Made by a program: the position numbers and the translations under genes
The notes under the pieces: model-generated
The model's input: only the letters and a program-made list of their open reading frames with translations
Database searches by the model: none
What the model was told of the DNA's origin: nothing
Assembly (NCBI GenBank): GCA_965237905.1
Contig: OZ250172.1
Location: 430,627-462,626, forward strand
Direction: 5' to 3'
From: Nitrospinaceae bacterium
GTDB lineage: Bacteria > Nitrospinota > Nitrospinia > Nitrospinales > Nitrospinaceae
DNA: 32,000 bases
Shown here: positions 24,180 through 32,000 of the stretch, one piece after another
Position numbering within the stretch: position 1 is the stretch's first letter
Layout: each line of letters begins with the position of its first letter

Positions 24180-26837
24180 ATGACTGAAACCGTCAAGAAT
24201 AAAAAACCGGTGCCCGACGAAACTCCCATGATGCAGCAGTACCAGAGCATCAAGCGGGACTACCCGGACGCCATCCTGTTCTTCCGGATGGGCGACTTCT
24301 ACGAGATGTTCAACGAGGACGCGAAAACCGCCTCCAAGATTCTTGAGATCGCCCTCACCTCACGCAATAAAAACCAGGCGAACCCGGTGCCGATGTGCGG
24401 CATCCCGCATCATTCCTCCAACCTGTATATTTCGAAGCTGGTCAAACAGGGTAAAAAGATCGCCATCTGCGAACAGGTGGAAGACCCGAGGCTGGCCAAG
24501 GGACTGGTGAAGCGGGAAGTGGTGCGCGTCATCACCCCGGGAACGGTGCTGGAGGATCACCTGCTGGACCCGAAAAGCCATCATTACCTGGCCTCCATCT
24601 ACATCGGACGCGACGGCACCGGACTGGCGGCGGTGGATCTGTCCACCGGTGAATTCAAGGTGACCGAAATCCAGGATACCGGGTCGCACTCTCTACTGAT
24701 GGATGAGTTGAACAAACTGGACCCGCGGGAAGTCATCGCTCCCGAATCCATCCTCAATGACGAAGGTTCGGGCATCACCGGACTTTCCCAGGGGTCGTAC
24801 TGCGTGAACCCTTGCGAGGACTGGACCTACAGCCACGGCGAAGCCTACCGGCAGTTGACGGACCATTTCAAAACCCACTCACTGGAAGGATTCGGCTGTG
24901 AGCATCTTAAAAACGCCATCAGCGCGGCGGGCGCCCTGATCCGATATCTGTGCGACACCCAGAAGTCCGCGGTGCAACATGTGAATACCCTGTCCACCTT
25001 CAACATCCACAGTTACATGTGGCTCGACCAAGCCACCGTCAACAGCCTCGAGTTGGTGAAATCCAGCGACGGCGAACGCAAGCATTCCCTGCTCGGCCTC
25101 TTAGACGAAACCTGCACGCCGATGGGGGCCCGGCGCCTCAAGGAATGGATTCTGAAACCGCTGGTCGACCGGACCGCAATCGAGGACCGGCTGAATGGGG
25201 TGACGGTGTTTCACGACAACCTCATGGACCGCAACGATCTGCGCTCCCACCTTGGAAACATCTATGACTTGGAACGCCTGCTGGGCCGCATCTCGTTGTC
25301 CGCGTGCAGTCCCAGGGATTTGGCGGCGCTCAAAAGCTCGTTGGCCGTTCTGCCGGAGATCAAGCAAACTCTGCAACGCTGTGATTCCAAAGACCTGCAA
25401 CGATTCATCGAATCGTGGGACAACCTGGAATCGGTGCATCAAAAGATTGATCAAATGATTGTGGACGATCCGCCCTATAACTTCAAGGACGGCCACCTGA
25501 TCAAACCCGGTTGCCATGAACAACTGGACCGGTTGAAATCCATTACGCGCGACGGCAACCAGTCGATTGCCGCTTTGGAAGCGCGCGAACGCGAACGCAC
25601 CAGCATCCCTCAGTTGAAAGTCGGCTTCAACAAAATTTATGGGTATTACATCGAGGTGACGAAAAAGAATCTCGACCGGGTGCCAGAGGATTATATTCGC
25701 AAGCAATCGCTGGTCAACTGCGAGCGGTTCATCTCGCCGGAACTGAAAGAACACGAAACTGAGATTACCGGTGCGGAAGAAAAGATACTGGCGCTCGAAC
25801 AGGAATTGTTTCAGCAGGTCCGGCAGGCGGTGGCGGCGGAGGGCCAACGCATTCAATCCATGGCACTCCTGCTGAGTCAACTGGACGCGATGGCGTCCCT
25901 CGCGGAAGTGGCTCATCGGCACCAGTACACCCGCCCTGTGCTGAGAGAGGACACGGATCTTCGTTTCGTCAACGGACGCCACCCACTGGTGGAACTCATC
26001 GATCCCTCCAATCCGTTCATCCCCAACAACACCACTTTGGACTGTGACGGCAACCAGATCATGATCATCACCGGTCCCAACATGGCCGGCAAATCCACCT
26101 ACCTCCGGCAGGTGGCGCTGATCACATTAATGGCGCAGATCGGCAGTTATGTTCCGGCGGAAGAAGCGGAACTGGGGCTGGTCGACCGCATCTTCTCCCG
26201 GGTCGGCGCGCAGGATCATTTGCTGAAGGGGCAATCGACTTTCATGGTGGAGATGAACGAAGCCGCCAACATTCTCAACAATGCCACTCGCAAGAGCCTG
26301 ATCATTCTGGATGAAATCGGGCGAGGCACCAGCACCTTCGACGGCATCAGCATTGCCTGGTCGATGGTCGAATACCTCCACGGTCCCGAGCGCATCGGCG
26401 CCAAAACCCTGTTCGCCACGCATTACCATGAATTGACCGAATTGGAGGAAACGCTTCCGGGAGTCAAAAATTTCAACGTGCAGGTCAAGGAATGGAACGA
26501 CGAGATTATCTTTCTGAGAAAAATTGCGCCCGGCGGTGCCGACAAGAGTTACGGAATTCAGGTCGCCCGGTTGGCGGGTTTACCGGAGAAAGTCTTGAAG
26601 CGGGCTCACGAGGTATTGTTCAATTTGGAAAACAGCGAATATGATGAAGCGGGAGCGCCTAAAATCGGACGCTCGGAGGACGCTCCGTCCGCCACCGGAC
26701 CCCAGCAAATGGGATTGTTCGCCTCCCTGCCCTCACCTTTGGTTCAGAAACTGAAGGAAATCCGGCCCGATGAATTGACCCCGCGGGAAGCCCTGGCAAA
26801 ATGGGATGAAGTCCTTGAAATCCTGAAAGACGGGTGA
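24180..26837 (+). CDS. mutS: DNA mismatch repair protein MutS
   Basis: TPMMQQYQSIKRDYPDAILFFRMGDFYEMF (mismatch-binding GxFYE), ITGPNMAGKSTYLRQVALI (Walker A), LIILDEIGRGTSTFDGISIA and TLFATHYHELT; 885 aa. The start is 1 nt after the HIT stop. Confidence 0.98.
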   Translation: MTETVKNKKPVPDETPMMQQYQSIKRDYPDAILFFRMGDFYEMFNEDAKTASKILEIALTSRNKNQANPVPMCGIPHHSSNLYISKLVKQGKKIAICEQVEDPRLAKGLVKREVVRVITPGTVLEDHLLDPKSHHYLASIYIGRDGTGLAAVDLSTGEFKVTEIQDTGSHSLLMDELNKLDPREVIAPESILNDEGSGITGLSQGSYCVNPCEDWTYSHGEAYRQLTDHFKTHSLEGFGCEHLKNAISAAGALIRYLCDTQKSAVQHVNTLSTFNIHSYMWLDQATVNSLELVKSSDGERKHSLLGLLDETCTPMGARRLKEWILKPLVDRTAIEDRLNGVTVFHDNLMDRNDLRSHLGNIYDLERLLGRISLSACSPRDLAALKSSLAVLPEIKQTLQRCDSKDLQRFIESWDNLESVHQKIDQMIVDDPPYNFKDGHLIKPGCHEQLDRLKSITRDGNQSIAALEARERERTSIPQLKVGFNKIYGYYIEVTKKNLDRVPEDYIRKQSLVNCERFISPELKEHETEITGAEEKILALEQELFQQVRQAVAAEGQRIQSMALLLSQLDAMASLAEVAHRHQYTRPVLREDTDLRFVNGRHPLVELIDPSNPFIPNNTTLDCDGNQIMIITGPNMAGKSTYLRQVALITLMAQIGSYVPAEEAELGLVDRIFSRVGAQDHLLKGQSTFMVEMNEAANILNNATRKSLIILDEIGRGTSTFDGISIAWSMVEYLHGPERIGAKTLFATHYHELTELEETLPGVKNFNVQVKEWNDEIIFLRKIAPGGADKSYGIQVARLAGLPEKVLKRAHEVLFNLENSEYDEAGAPKIGRSEDAPSATGPQQMGLFASLPSPLVQKLKEIRPDELTPREALAKWDEVLEILKDG

Positions 26838-27104
26838 TTTGCCCCCTTTTTTCAGAAGTTTTTACTCGACCGAAACCTTTGGAACTCCCGCAAAGCTGCC
26901 TAAAAACAATTCTCTAAAGTATTCCCCCAAAAAGGGATGTCAAAAACAGGCGCAATTTCATCCAACTTCAATAAAAATGGGTATTTACTACCAATGTAAA
27001 ATAATCTATCATAGGAATGTTAGGTCGGATCAATAGAGTTGCGTGAAAACCCCTTGTTTTATTTTGCGTTTAATCGGTACAAAACATTTTTTATAAAACC
27101 CCTC

Positions 27105-27779
27105 ATGAATAATTTCTCTAAAACCCTCCGAGTTCTCACTTTGTTTTTCGGGATATGGTGTTGTTTTATTATCCCAGCCTGGGCCAAACCGACCATATCC
27201 AAAATCAGCCTCAATACCGAAAAAGAATTAATCACTCTCGATGCGGAATTGATTGACGCGTTCAATGAAAAGATCAAGGAGGCTATCGAAAGCGGCGTCG
27301 CGATGACTTTCACTTACGAAGTCGAGTTACTCAAACAGTCTTCTGGTTTTGGAGACGACGTGGTATCGCAAAACAAGGTGACCCATACCATCCAGTACGA
27401 CACGCTGAAAAAAGTCTACCAGTTTTCCTCAAAAGGGAAAAATGTCAACCGCAAGATTACCACCAAGAGTATGGAGAAGTATCAGCAATTGATGTTGACA
27501 CTCAAGGATATTCCCATTGCCCACATCTTCAAACTGGATCCGGAGGAAAAGTATTACGCTCGTGTGAAAGCGGAAATGGAAGCGGATGGCCTGTGGTTTC
27601 CGTTCAATTACCTTCTATTCTTTGTTCCTTTTGAGGAGTTTGAAACTTCGTGGACCCAGTCCACCCCTCTGGCTATTAAAACGGATCCGGCCTTTGGAAT
27701 GGAAGCTTCTCAAAAAAAATCCAAGCCGGCAATCCCTTCCGAGGGGGTAGCAAATGGTATCCGATCCTTTAACCAGTAA
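27105..27779 (+). CDS. DUF4390-like periplasmic protein (NtrY-associated; from memory)
   Basis: ATG 27105 gives a signal-like MNNFSKTLRVLTLFFGIWCCFIIPAWA. ISLNTEKELITLDAELIDAFNEKIKEAIESGVAMTFTYEVELLK...YDTLKKVYQFS matches my recollection of DUF4390. It overlaps the kinase gene by 26 nt. Confidence 0.55.
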   Translation: MNNFSKTLRVLTLFFGIWCCFIIPAWAKPTISKISLNTEKELITLDAELIDAFNEKIKEAIESGVAMTFTYEVELLKQSSGFGDDVVSQNKVTHTIQYDTLKKVYQFSSKGKNVNRKITTKSMEKYQQLMLTLKDIPIAHIFKLDPEEKYYARVKAEMEADGLWFPFNYLLFFVPFEEFETSWTQSTPLAIKTDPAFGMEASQKKSKPAIPSEGVANGIRSFNQ

Positions 27780-30066
27780 CCCCCAGTACGTCCAACTCTC
27801 CGAAGAACAAATCCAATTAAAGAAAAAGCGTGCCCGGCGCAATATCGCATGGTTGATTGTCACTCTGGTCGGATTGACAGTGCTGGAAGTCTATTTCCTC
27901 AAACAGCAAAAAGCCAGCATTGCGGACAACATCAATATCATTTTTCTGTTCAACGTGATCATCATTCTGCTCGTATTGCTGATCGTGATGATCACGCGCA
28001 ATCTGGTCAAGTTGTACAATGAGCGGAAAAACAAAACAATCGGTGCAAAGTTTCAGACCAAGATGATCCTCGCTTTTTTAATTCTGGCTCTGGTCCCCTC
28101 CATCCTGCTGTTTTTCGTCGCCAGCAAATTGTTCAGCTACAGTATCGGAAACTGGTTCAGCATTCAGGTAGAACGTTCCCTACAGCAATCTATGGAAGTG
28201 GCGCGCGAGTATTATTCGCATGTCGAGCGCAAAAGCCAGTTTCACGCCCGGAAACTGGAAGAACTGATCACCAAAAATCAACTGTACCTGCAGGATAAAC
28301 GCGATACTCTGCAACGGCTGGTGGAAACCAAGACCGAAGAGTATGAACTGGGTGGAGTCATCGTATACGATCAACAGGGACAAGTCGTCGTGTCTTATGC
28401 CAACAAATCGATGCCGCAGAACTATACCAACCTGGACTATGCGGATCTGATACGCGAAAGCATGGAAAGCGAGGGCACTGCTGAAACGCGGTCCCACACC
28501 AAAGGCAATTACCTGGTGGTCCTCCTTCCACTCAAGCAGAATGTGGAAGGCAAACCCTCCATATGGGGATATATTTTAACCCTGTCCAAGATCCCCAAAA
28601 GCACCATGATCAAGATTGAAGGCATCCGCAACACGTTTGAGGATTATAAGAAGCAGAGTTTTCTCAAGCTTCCGGTCAGCGCCAATTACTACACCACCTT
28701 TATCTTGATGACCTTGTTAATCCTGTTCTCGGCTATATGGCTCGGTATTTATATGGCGCGAGGCATCACCATTCCCATCCAGCAGTTGGCCGCAGGAACC
28801 CGGCGCGTGGCAGAAGGGGACCTCAACGTCAAAGTCAATCTGGACACCGGCGATGAAATCGGATTACTGGTCAATTCCTTTAACACCATGACAGAACAGC
28901 TTAAGACCAGCCGCAAAACCCTCGAAGAGGCTCATGAAAACCTTCAGATTACCAACATCGAGCTGGACGAACGTCGGTTATACACCGAAACCATCCTGGA
29001 AAATATCGGTGCCGGTGTAATCTCCATCGATAAAAAAGGACGGATCACCACCCTCAACACAGGTGCCAAACGTCTGCTGGATGCGGAGGACAAGGACATC
29101 ATCGGACTCACTTACAAAGACGCGTTCGACTCCTCTTTCCACGAACCTATCCGCAACATGATTAAAAAAATGAACGAAGACCATAAGGAAAACTACGAGG
29201 AGCAGGTGGAATTGACTGTGGGCGAAGATAACCTGACTCTACTGGCAAATATCAAGTTCATGCGGGACGACCGGAAAAAATACCTGGGCCTCCTGCTGGT
29301 GTTTGAAGATATCAGCCAGCTCATCAAGGCCCAGAAAATTTCCGCCTGGCAGGAAGTTGCCCAGGGCATCGCCCACGAAATCAAAAACCCCCTGACGCCG
29401 ATCCAGCTGAACACGCAACGTCTGAAAAAGAAATACTATGAGGACAAAGAATCCTTCGCCAAGGTATTCGATGAAAGCATCCGGATCATCACGCAGGAAG
29501 TGGAAGGCATGAAGGACTTGCTGAATGAATTTCTCCGGTTTTCGCGCATGCCCACTCCCCATCCCAAATTGTATTCCGTGCACACTATTATCGACGATGT
29601 GACCCGCCTGTATCTCAACCATGAGAAGGGCGTGACCATCAATAAATACCTGGACCCGAATGTCAATCTGCTCTATATCGATCCCGAGCAGATACGACGC
29701 GTATTCATCAACCTGTTTGACAACGCGTTGGATGCCCTGGACGATCAAGAAGGCCTGATTGAGATTGCCACGCATTGGGACCACCAGACCAAGCGGGTCA
29801 AAATTGACTTCTCGGATAACGGCATGGGTATCAATCCGCCGGACCGGGATAAACTGTTTCTCCCGCATTTTACGACCAAAAAACGGGGCACCGGTCTGGG
29901 TCTGGCCATCGTAACTCGTATCATTACCGATCACAAAGGAATCATCCAGGTTCGATCCAATGAGCCCAAGGGAACCATTTTTACCCTTGAATTTCCAGAT
30001 CCTTCGTCCACCACCCACGTCGGGCCCTCCCAGAAGAAGCCGAAAACCCTCGGGACCGCCGGTTAA
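27754..30066 (+). CDS. NtrY-like sensor histidine kinase (multi-TM, HAMP, PAS, HisKA, HATPase_c)
   Basis: Four predicted TM helices with an extracytoplasmic loop of about 190 aa. HAMP (IPIQQLAAGTRRVAEGDLNVKV..DEIGLLVNSFNTMTEQL), PAS (ILENIGAGVISIDKKGRITTLNTGAKRLL), H-box AHEIKNPLTPIQL, N-box FINLFDNALDA, G-boxes DNGMGI and GTGLGLAI. Confidence 0.92.
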   Translation: MVSDPLTSNPQYVQLSEEQIQLKKKRARRNIAWLIVTLVGLTVLEVYFLKQQKASIADNINIIFLFNVIIILLVLLIVMITRNLVKLYNERKNKTIGAKFQTKMILAFLILALVPSILLFFVASKLFSYSIGNWFSIQVERSLQQSMEVAREYYSHVERKSQFHARKLEELITKNQLYLQDKRDTLQRLVETKTEEYELGGVIVYDQQGQVVVSYANKSMPQNYTNLDYADLIRESMESEGTAETRSHTKGNYLVVLLPLKQNVEGKPSIWGYILTLSKIPKSTMIKIEGIRNTFEDYKKQSFLKLPVSANYYTTFILMTLLILFSAIWLGIYMARGITIPIQQLAAGTRRVAEGDLNVKVNLDTGDEIGLLVNSFNTMTEQLKTSRKTLEEAHENLQITNIELDERRLYTETILENIGAGVISIDKKGRITTLNTGAKRLLDAEDKDIIGLTYKDAFDSSFHEPIRNMIKKMNEDHKENYEEQVELTVGEDNLTLLANIKFMRDDRKKYLGLLLVFEDISQLIKAQKISAWQEVAQGIAHEIKNPLTPIQLNTQRLKKKYYEDKESFAKVFDESIRIITQEVEGMKDLLNEFLRFSRMPTPHPKLYSVHTIIDDVTRLYLNHEKGVTINKYLDPNVNLLYIDPEQIRRVFINLFDNALDALDDQEGLIEIATHWDHQTKRVKIDFSDNGMGINPPDRDKLFLPHFTTKKRGTGLGLAIVTRIITDHKGIIQVRSNEPKGTIFTLEFPDPSSTTHVGPSQKKPKTLGTAG

Positions 30067-30168
30067 TTCCCTCACCAGATTTTTTTACTCCCCCTCTTAT
30101 CAATTTCGCCTAAAATCCGTATAATGGGCTCTCGGCTGAAAATCGACATTCCTGAATAATGAGTCCCC

Positions 30169-30385
30169 TTGGGAGTATTCACCAATCAATTGGACAAAGC
30201 CATGCGTGCCTTCAATCAGCTGGAAGTGGGCGGTGTGGTGCTCAACGATGTGCCCACCTTCCGGCGTCGACAACATGCCTTACGGTGGCGTGAAGGATTC
30301 CGGGTTCGGCCGGGAAGGCCTGAAGTACAGTATCGAAGAAATGACGGAAATCAAACTTCTGGTCATGAATCACTATCTGGATTAA
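30169..30385 (+). pseudogene. Aldehyde dehydrogenase 3'-terminal relic (about 72 codons), truncated and frameshifted
   Basis: Frame 1: [31 protein letters not shown]. After a 1-nt slip near 30265 the next frame reads [39 protein letters not shown] (stop 30383-85). Together this is the conserved ALDH C-terminus (..VFT.D......l..G.v.iN....F....MP(F/Y)GG.K.SG.GREG..Y...E). Two in-frame stops at 30157-62 and only about 100 nt to the kinase stop, so the roughly 400 N-terminal codons are absent. Confidence 0.8.
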
Positions 30386-30408
30386 TCTTAACCGAGCGAC
30401 TTACCATC

Positions 30409-30828
30409 ATGACCAACAATTCACGTTTTATCGACAACGGCAACGGAACCATTACCGATTCCGAAACCAATTTAATCTGGAAGAAAACCGACTCGTTCCA
30501 GGATACCAAAAAATGGAAGAATTGGTTCACCGGTCACGAGTATATGCAAATTGTGAACCTGGAAAGGTTTGGCGGGTCTGAGGGCTGGCGATTTCCCTTC
30601 GAGGATGAAGCCTACAGCCTGTTCGAACTGGAAAAAATCAACCAGGACAAGTACGGGGACGACATCTACCTCGACCCCATTTTCGAGCCGGGAAGCGCCG
30701 GGGTGACCTGGACGGAAGACATTAAGGATTCGTCGGCACTCCTCATTCAATACGAAGACGGGATTAAAGTCTGGCCCTCGCAGTACGCCAACCTGAATAT
30801 GGCGGTCCGACTGGTCCGCAGTGTCTAA
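30409..30828 (+). CDS. DUF1566 (Lcl C-terminal-like) domain protein
   Basis: MTNNSRFIDNGNGTITDSETNLIWKK...GSEGWRFPFEDEAYSLF...AVRLVRSV follows the RF.dNGDGTVtD..TgLmW...dWRLP...EL..L...vR.VR pattern. The 219-aa ORF in the track (from 30169) is a chimera with the ALDH relic. Confidence 0.7.
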   Translation: MTNNSRFIDNGNGTITDSETNLIWKKTDSFQDTKKWKNWFTGHEYMQIVNLERFGGSEGWRFPFEDEAYSLFELEKINQDKYGDDIYLDPIFEPGSAGVTWTEDIKDSSALLIQYEDGIKVWPSQYANLNMAVRLVRSV

Positions 30829-30835
30829 GCCTGGA

Positions 30836-32000
30836 TCACTTGTTGGACAGCCAGGACGAAGGGTAGATGATCCGGAAGGAAGCCTGTGCTGGGCCCAAAT
30901 ATTCGTAGCCGGGTTGCACGACAAACCGTATCGGAGTCCAGGGTGATTCCAGGGGTTTCGACTTTTGCGGATGGGACCTCAATGCCCTCAACTCAAGAAT
31001 CAGCACCCTGCCTTCCGGCAAAACATACGGACGCTTAGAGGTCCGCCCTTTGGCTGTTTTTTCCAGATCGATCTTGAACGCGCCGTTGGGTTCTTGAGAG
31101 CCAGCAGATTCCCCCCGCGAAATGATTTTGGAGCGGGGAGACGTCACCGAAAGCTTCCACTGATAGCGGGTCTCAAATCCACGGGCATAGGCCGTCAGGG
31201 CCACCGGATCCAGAAACTGAATTTTTGGTTTTCCCTCCTCCCGGTAAAACTGCAGATGGGTCAACGACCATTTCGCCTGGTCTCCTTCAAACACTTGACC
31301 TCCCATGCGACGGCAACGGGAATCACGAAGCACTTTCGCCAGTTGGATGCGGCGGGTAACCAATAGACTTTTCCTTAAGTCCAAAGCCTTCGGGTGAATC
31401 AGATAACAACTGGCGATGGCCAGTTGCAAATCGGCCTCGGCTGAAATTTTTTGATCGACAGCATGACGCAACGCCTCCACCATTTTCTTCTCCACAGGTG
31501 TATCCAGAACGCGGCTTTGCTCCCGCGCCAGACGGATCACCTGCGGCCAATCCCGTTTGGCAAGCGCCTCTTTAAAATCCTTCGCCATGAGAAAAGCATA
31601 GCCTCCCTCCCTTGCCTTAAAGTACTCCTTCGTCCCGAAAACATGCTTCTTTAAAAACTGGTAGCGTTTTGGATGTGTGTATTGGAAATAGGGATAATGA
31701 ATATAGGCGGCGATCGAATTGGCGAAATCCTCCTGCGGGTTCTCCCGGGAATAGGTGGGCAGATGCCGCGAAGAAACGGGACCGTAATTGAGAACACCGG
31801 GATCGCTGACCAAAGTGTATAAAAAATCACTGTCGGCTTTCCCATCGAGCGCCGGTAGATGGAGAATATGAAATTTGGACAATTCCAGCCACTCGTTCTG
31901 GAAAGTTAAAAATCCATGACTCAGATCAAACACATGCCCCATTTCGTGATGCACGATGTTGTCGAAATCCTCCTCACTTTCATAGAATATGGAATTGTAA
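30836..32000 (-). CDS. HExxH metallopeptidase-like protein, 5' end outside window
   Basis: The minus-strand frame stays open to the window edge (YNSIFYESEEDFDNIVHHEMGHVFDL). HEMGH zinc motif, with a possible downstream ligand region ENPQEDFANSIAAYIHYP. The C-terminal ~250 aa are unrecognised. Confidence 0.6.
   Translation of the reverse strand, partial: YNSIFYESEEDFDNIVHHEMGHVFDLSHGFLTFQNEWLELSKFHILHLPALDGKADSDFLYTLVSDPGVLNYGPVSSRHLPTYSRENPQEDFANSIAAYIHYPYFQYTHPKRYQFLKKHVFGTKEYFKAREGGYAFLMAKDFKEALAKRDWPQVIRLAREQSRVLDTPVEKKMVEALRHAVDQKISAEADLQLAIASCYLIHPKALDLRKSLLVTRRIQLAKVLRDSRCRRMGGQVFEGDQAKWSLTHLQFYREEGKPKIQFLDPVALTAYARGFETRYQWKLSVTSPRSKIISRGESAGSQEPNGAFKIDLEKTAKGRTSKRPYVLPEGRVLILELRALRSHPQKSKPLESPWTPIRFVVQPGYEYLGPAQASFRIIYPSSWLSNK

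Noticed and set aside
26839-27036. 65-aa TTG-initiated ORF in the mutS-DUF4390 intergenic region
   Set aside because: No SD, a low-complexity Lys/Ser/Phe-rich product, in an AT-rich spacer. More likely non-coding promoter region.
30169-30828. 219-aa ORF from the track taken as one gene
   Set aside because: It is a chimera. The first ~30 codons are ALDH C-terminus, the next ~50 are out-of-frame ALDH read-through, and from ATG 30409 it is a separate DUF1566 protein.
1-32000. Search for CRISPR arrays, IS elements or transposases, integrases, tRNA/rRNA genes and long direct or inverted repeats
   Set aside because: I saw no periodic repeat-spacer pattern, no T-loop-like GGTTCGAATCC-type motifs in intergenic regions, and no transposase or recombinase motifs in any ORF. 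This was inspection by eye, so short or degenerate elements could be missed.

Overview
Chromosomal, mostly plus-strand window with tightly packed genes (several ATGA or 1-17 nt overlaps). It comes from a bacterium whose core genes are GC-rich: hand counts of sampled 60-nt lines give about 60-70 % G+C. I found no rRNA, tRNA, CRISPR array, transposase or integrase. Confidently recognised genes: SPFH/band-7 protein (5' partial), MoxR AAA+ ATPase, fliD-fliS, sucC-sucD, a four-subunit 2-oxoacid:ferredoxin oxidoreductase (alpha-beta-gamma-delta), ndk, an FmdB zinc ribbon, a PTPS/QueD-family enzyme, folE, phoH-like, ybeY, a HIT protein, mutS, DUF4390 plus an NtrY-like histidine kinase, a DUF1566 protein and two HExxH metallopeptidase-like proteins. 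I cannot point to a clear, self-contained novel system such as a defence island or mobile element. The best candidates for follow-up are: (1) a 1113-aa membrane-anchored coiled-coil protein, DUF4175-like from memory, translationally coupled to a secreted TPR/HExxH protein and sitting near a MoxR ATPase with no DUF58/VWA partner in the window. (2) A sucCD and OFOR carbon-metabolism module, possibly reductive-TCA-like, split by four small unknown genes, with an unusual delta-last gene order and a 168-nt structured gap inside the operon. (3) Three AT-rich patches carrying orphan ORFs, one wedged between phoH and ybeY. (4) A truncated and frameshifted aldehyde dehydrogenase relic where an ntrX response regulator would be expected. 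(5) A stand-alone fliDS pair with a sigma-28-like promoter. Family names are recalled from motifs seen in the translations; no database search was possible.
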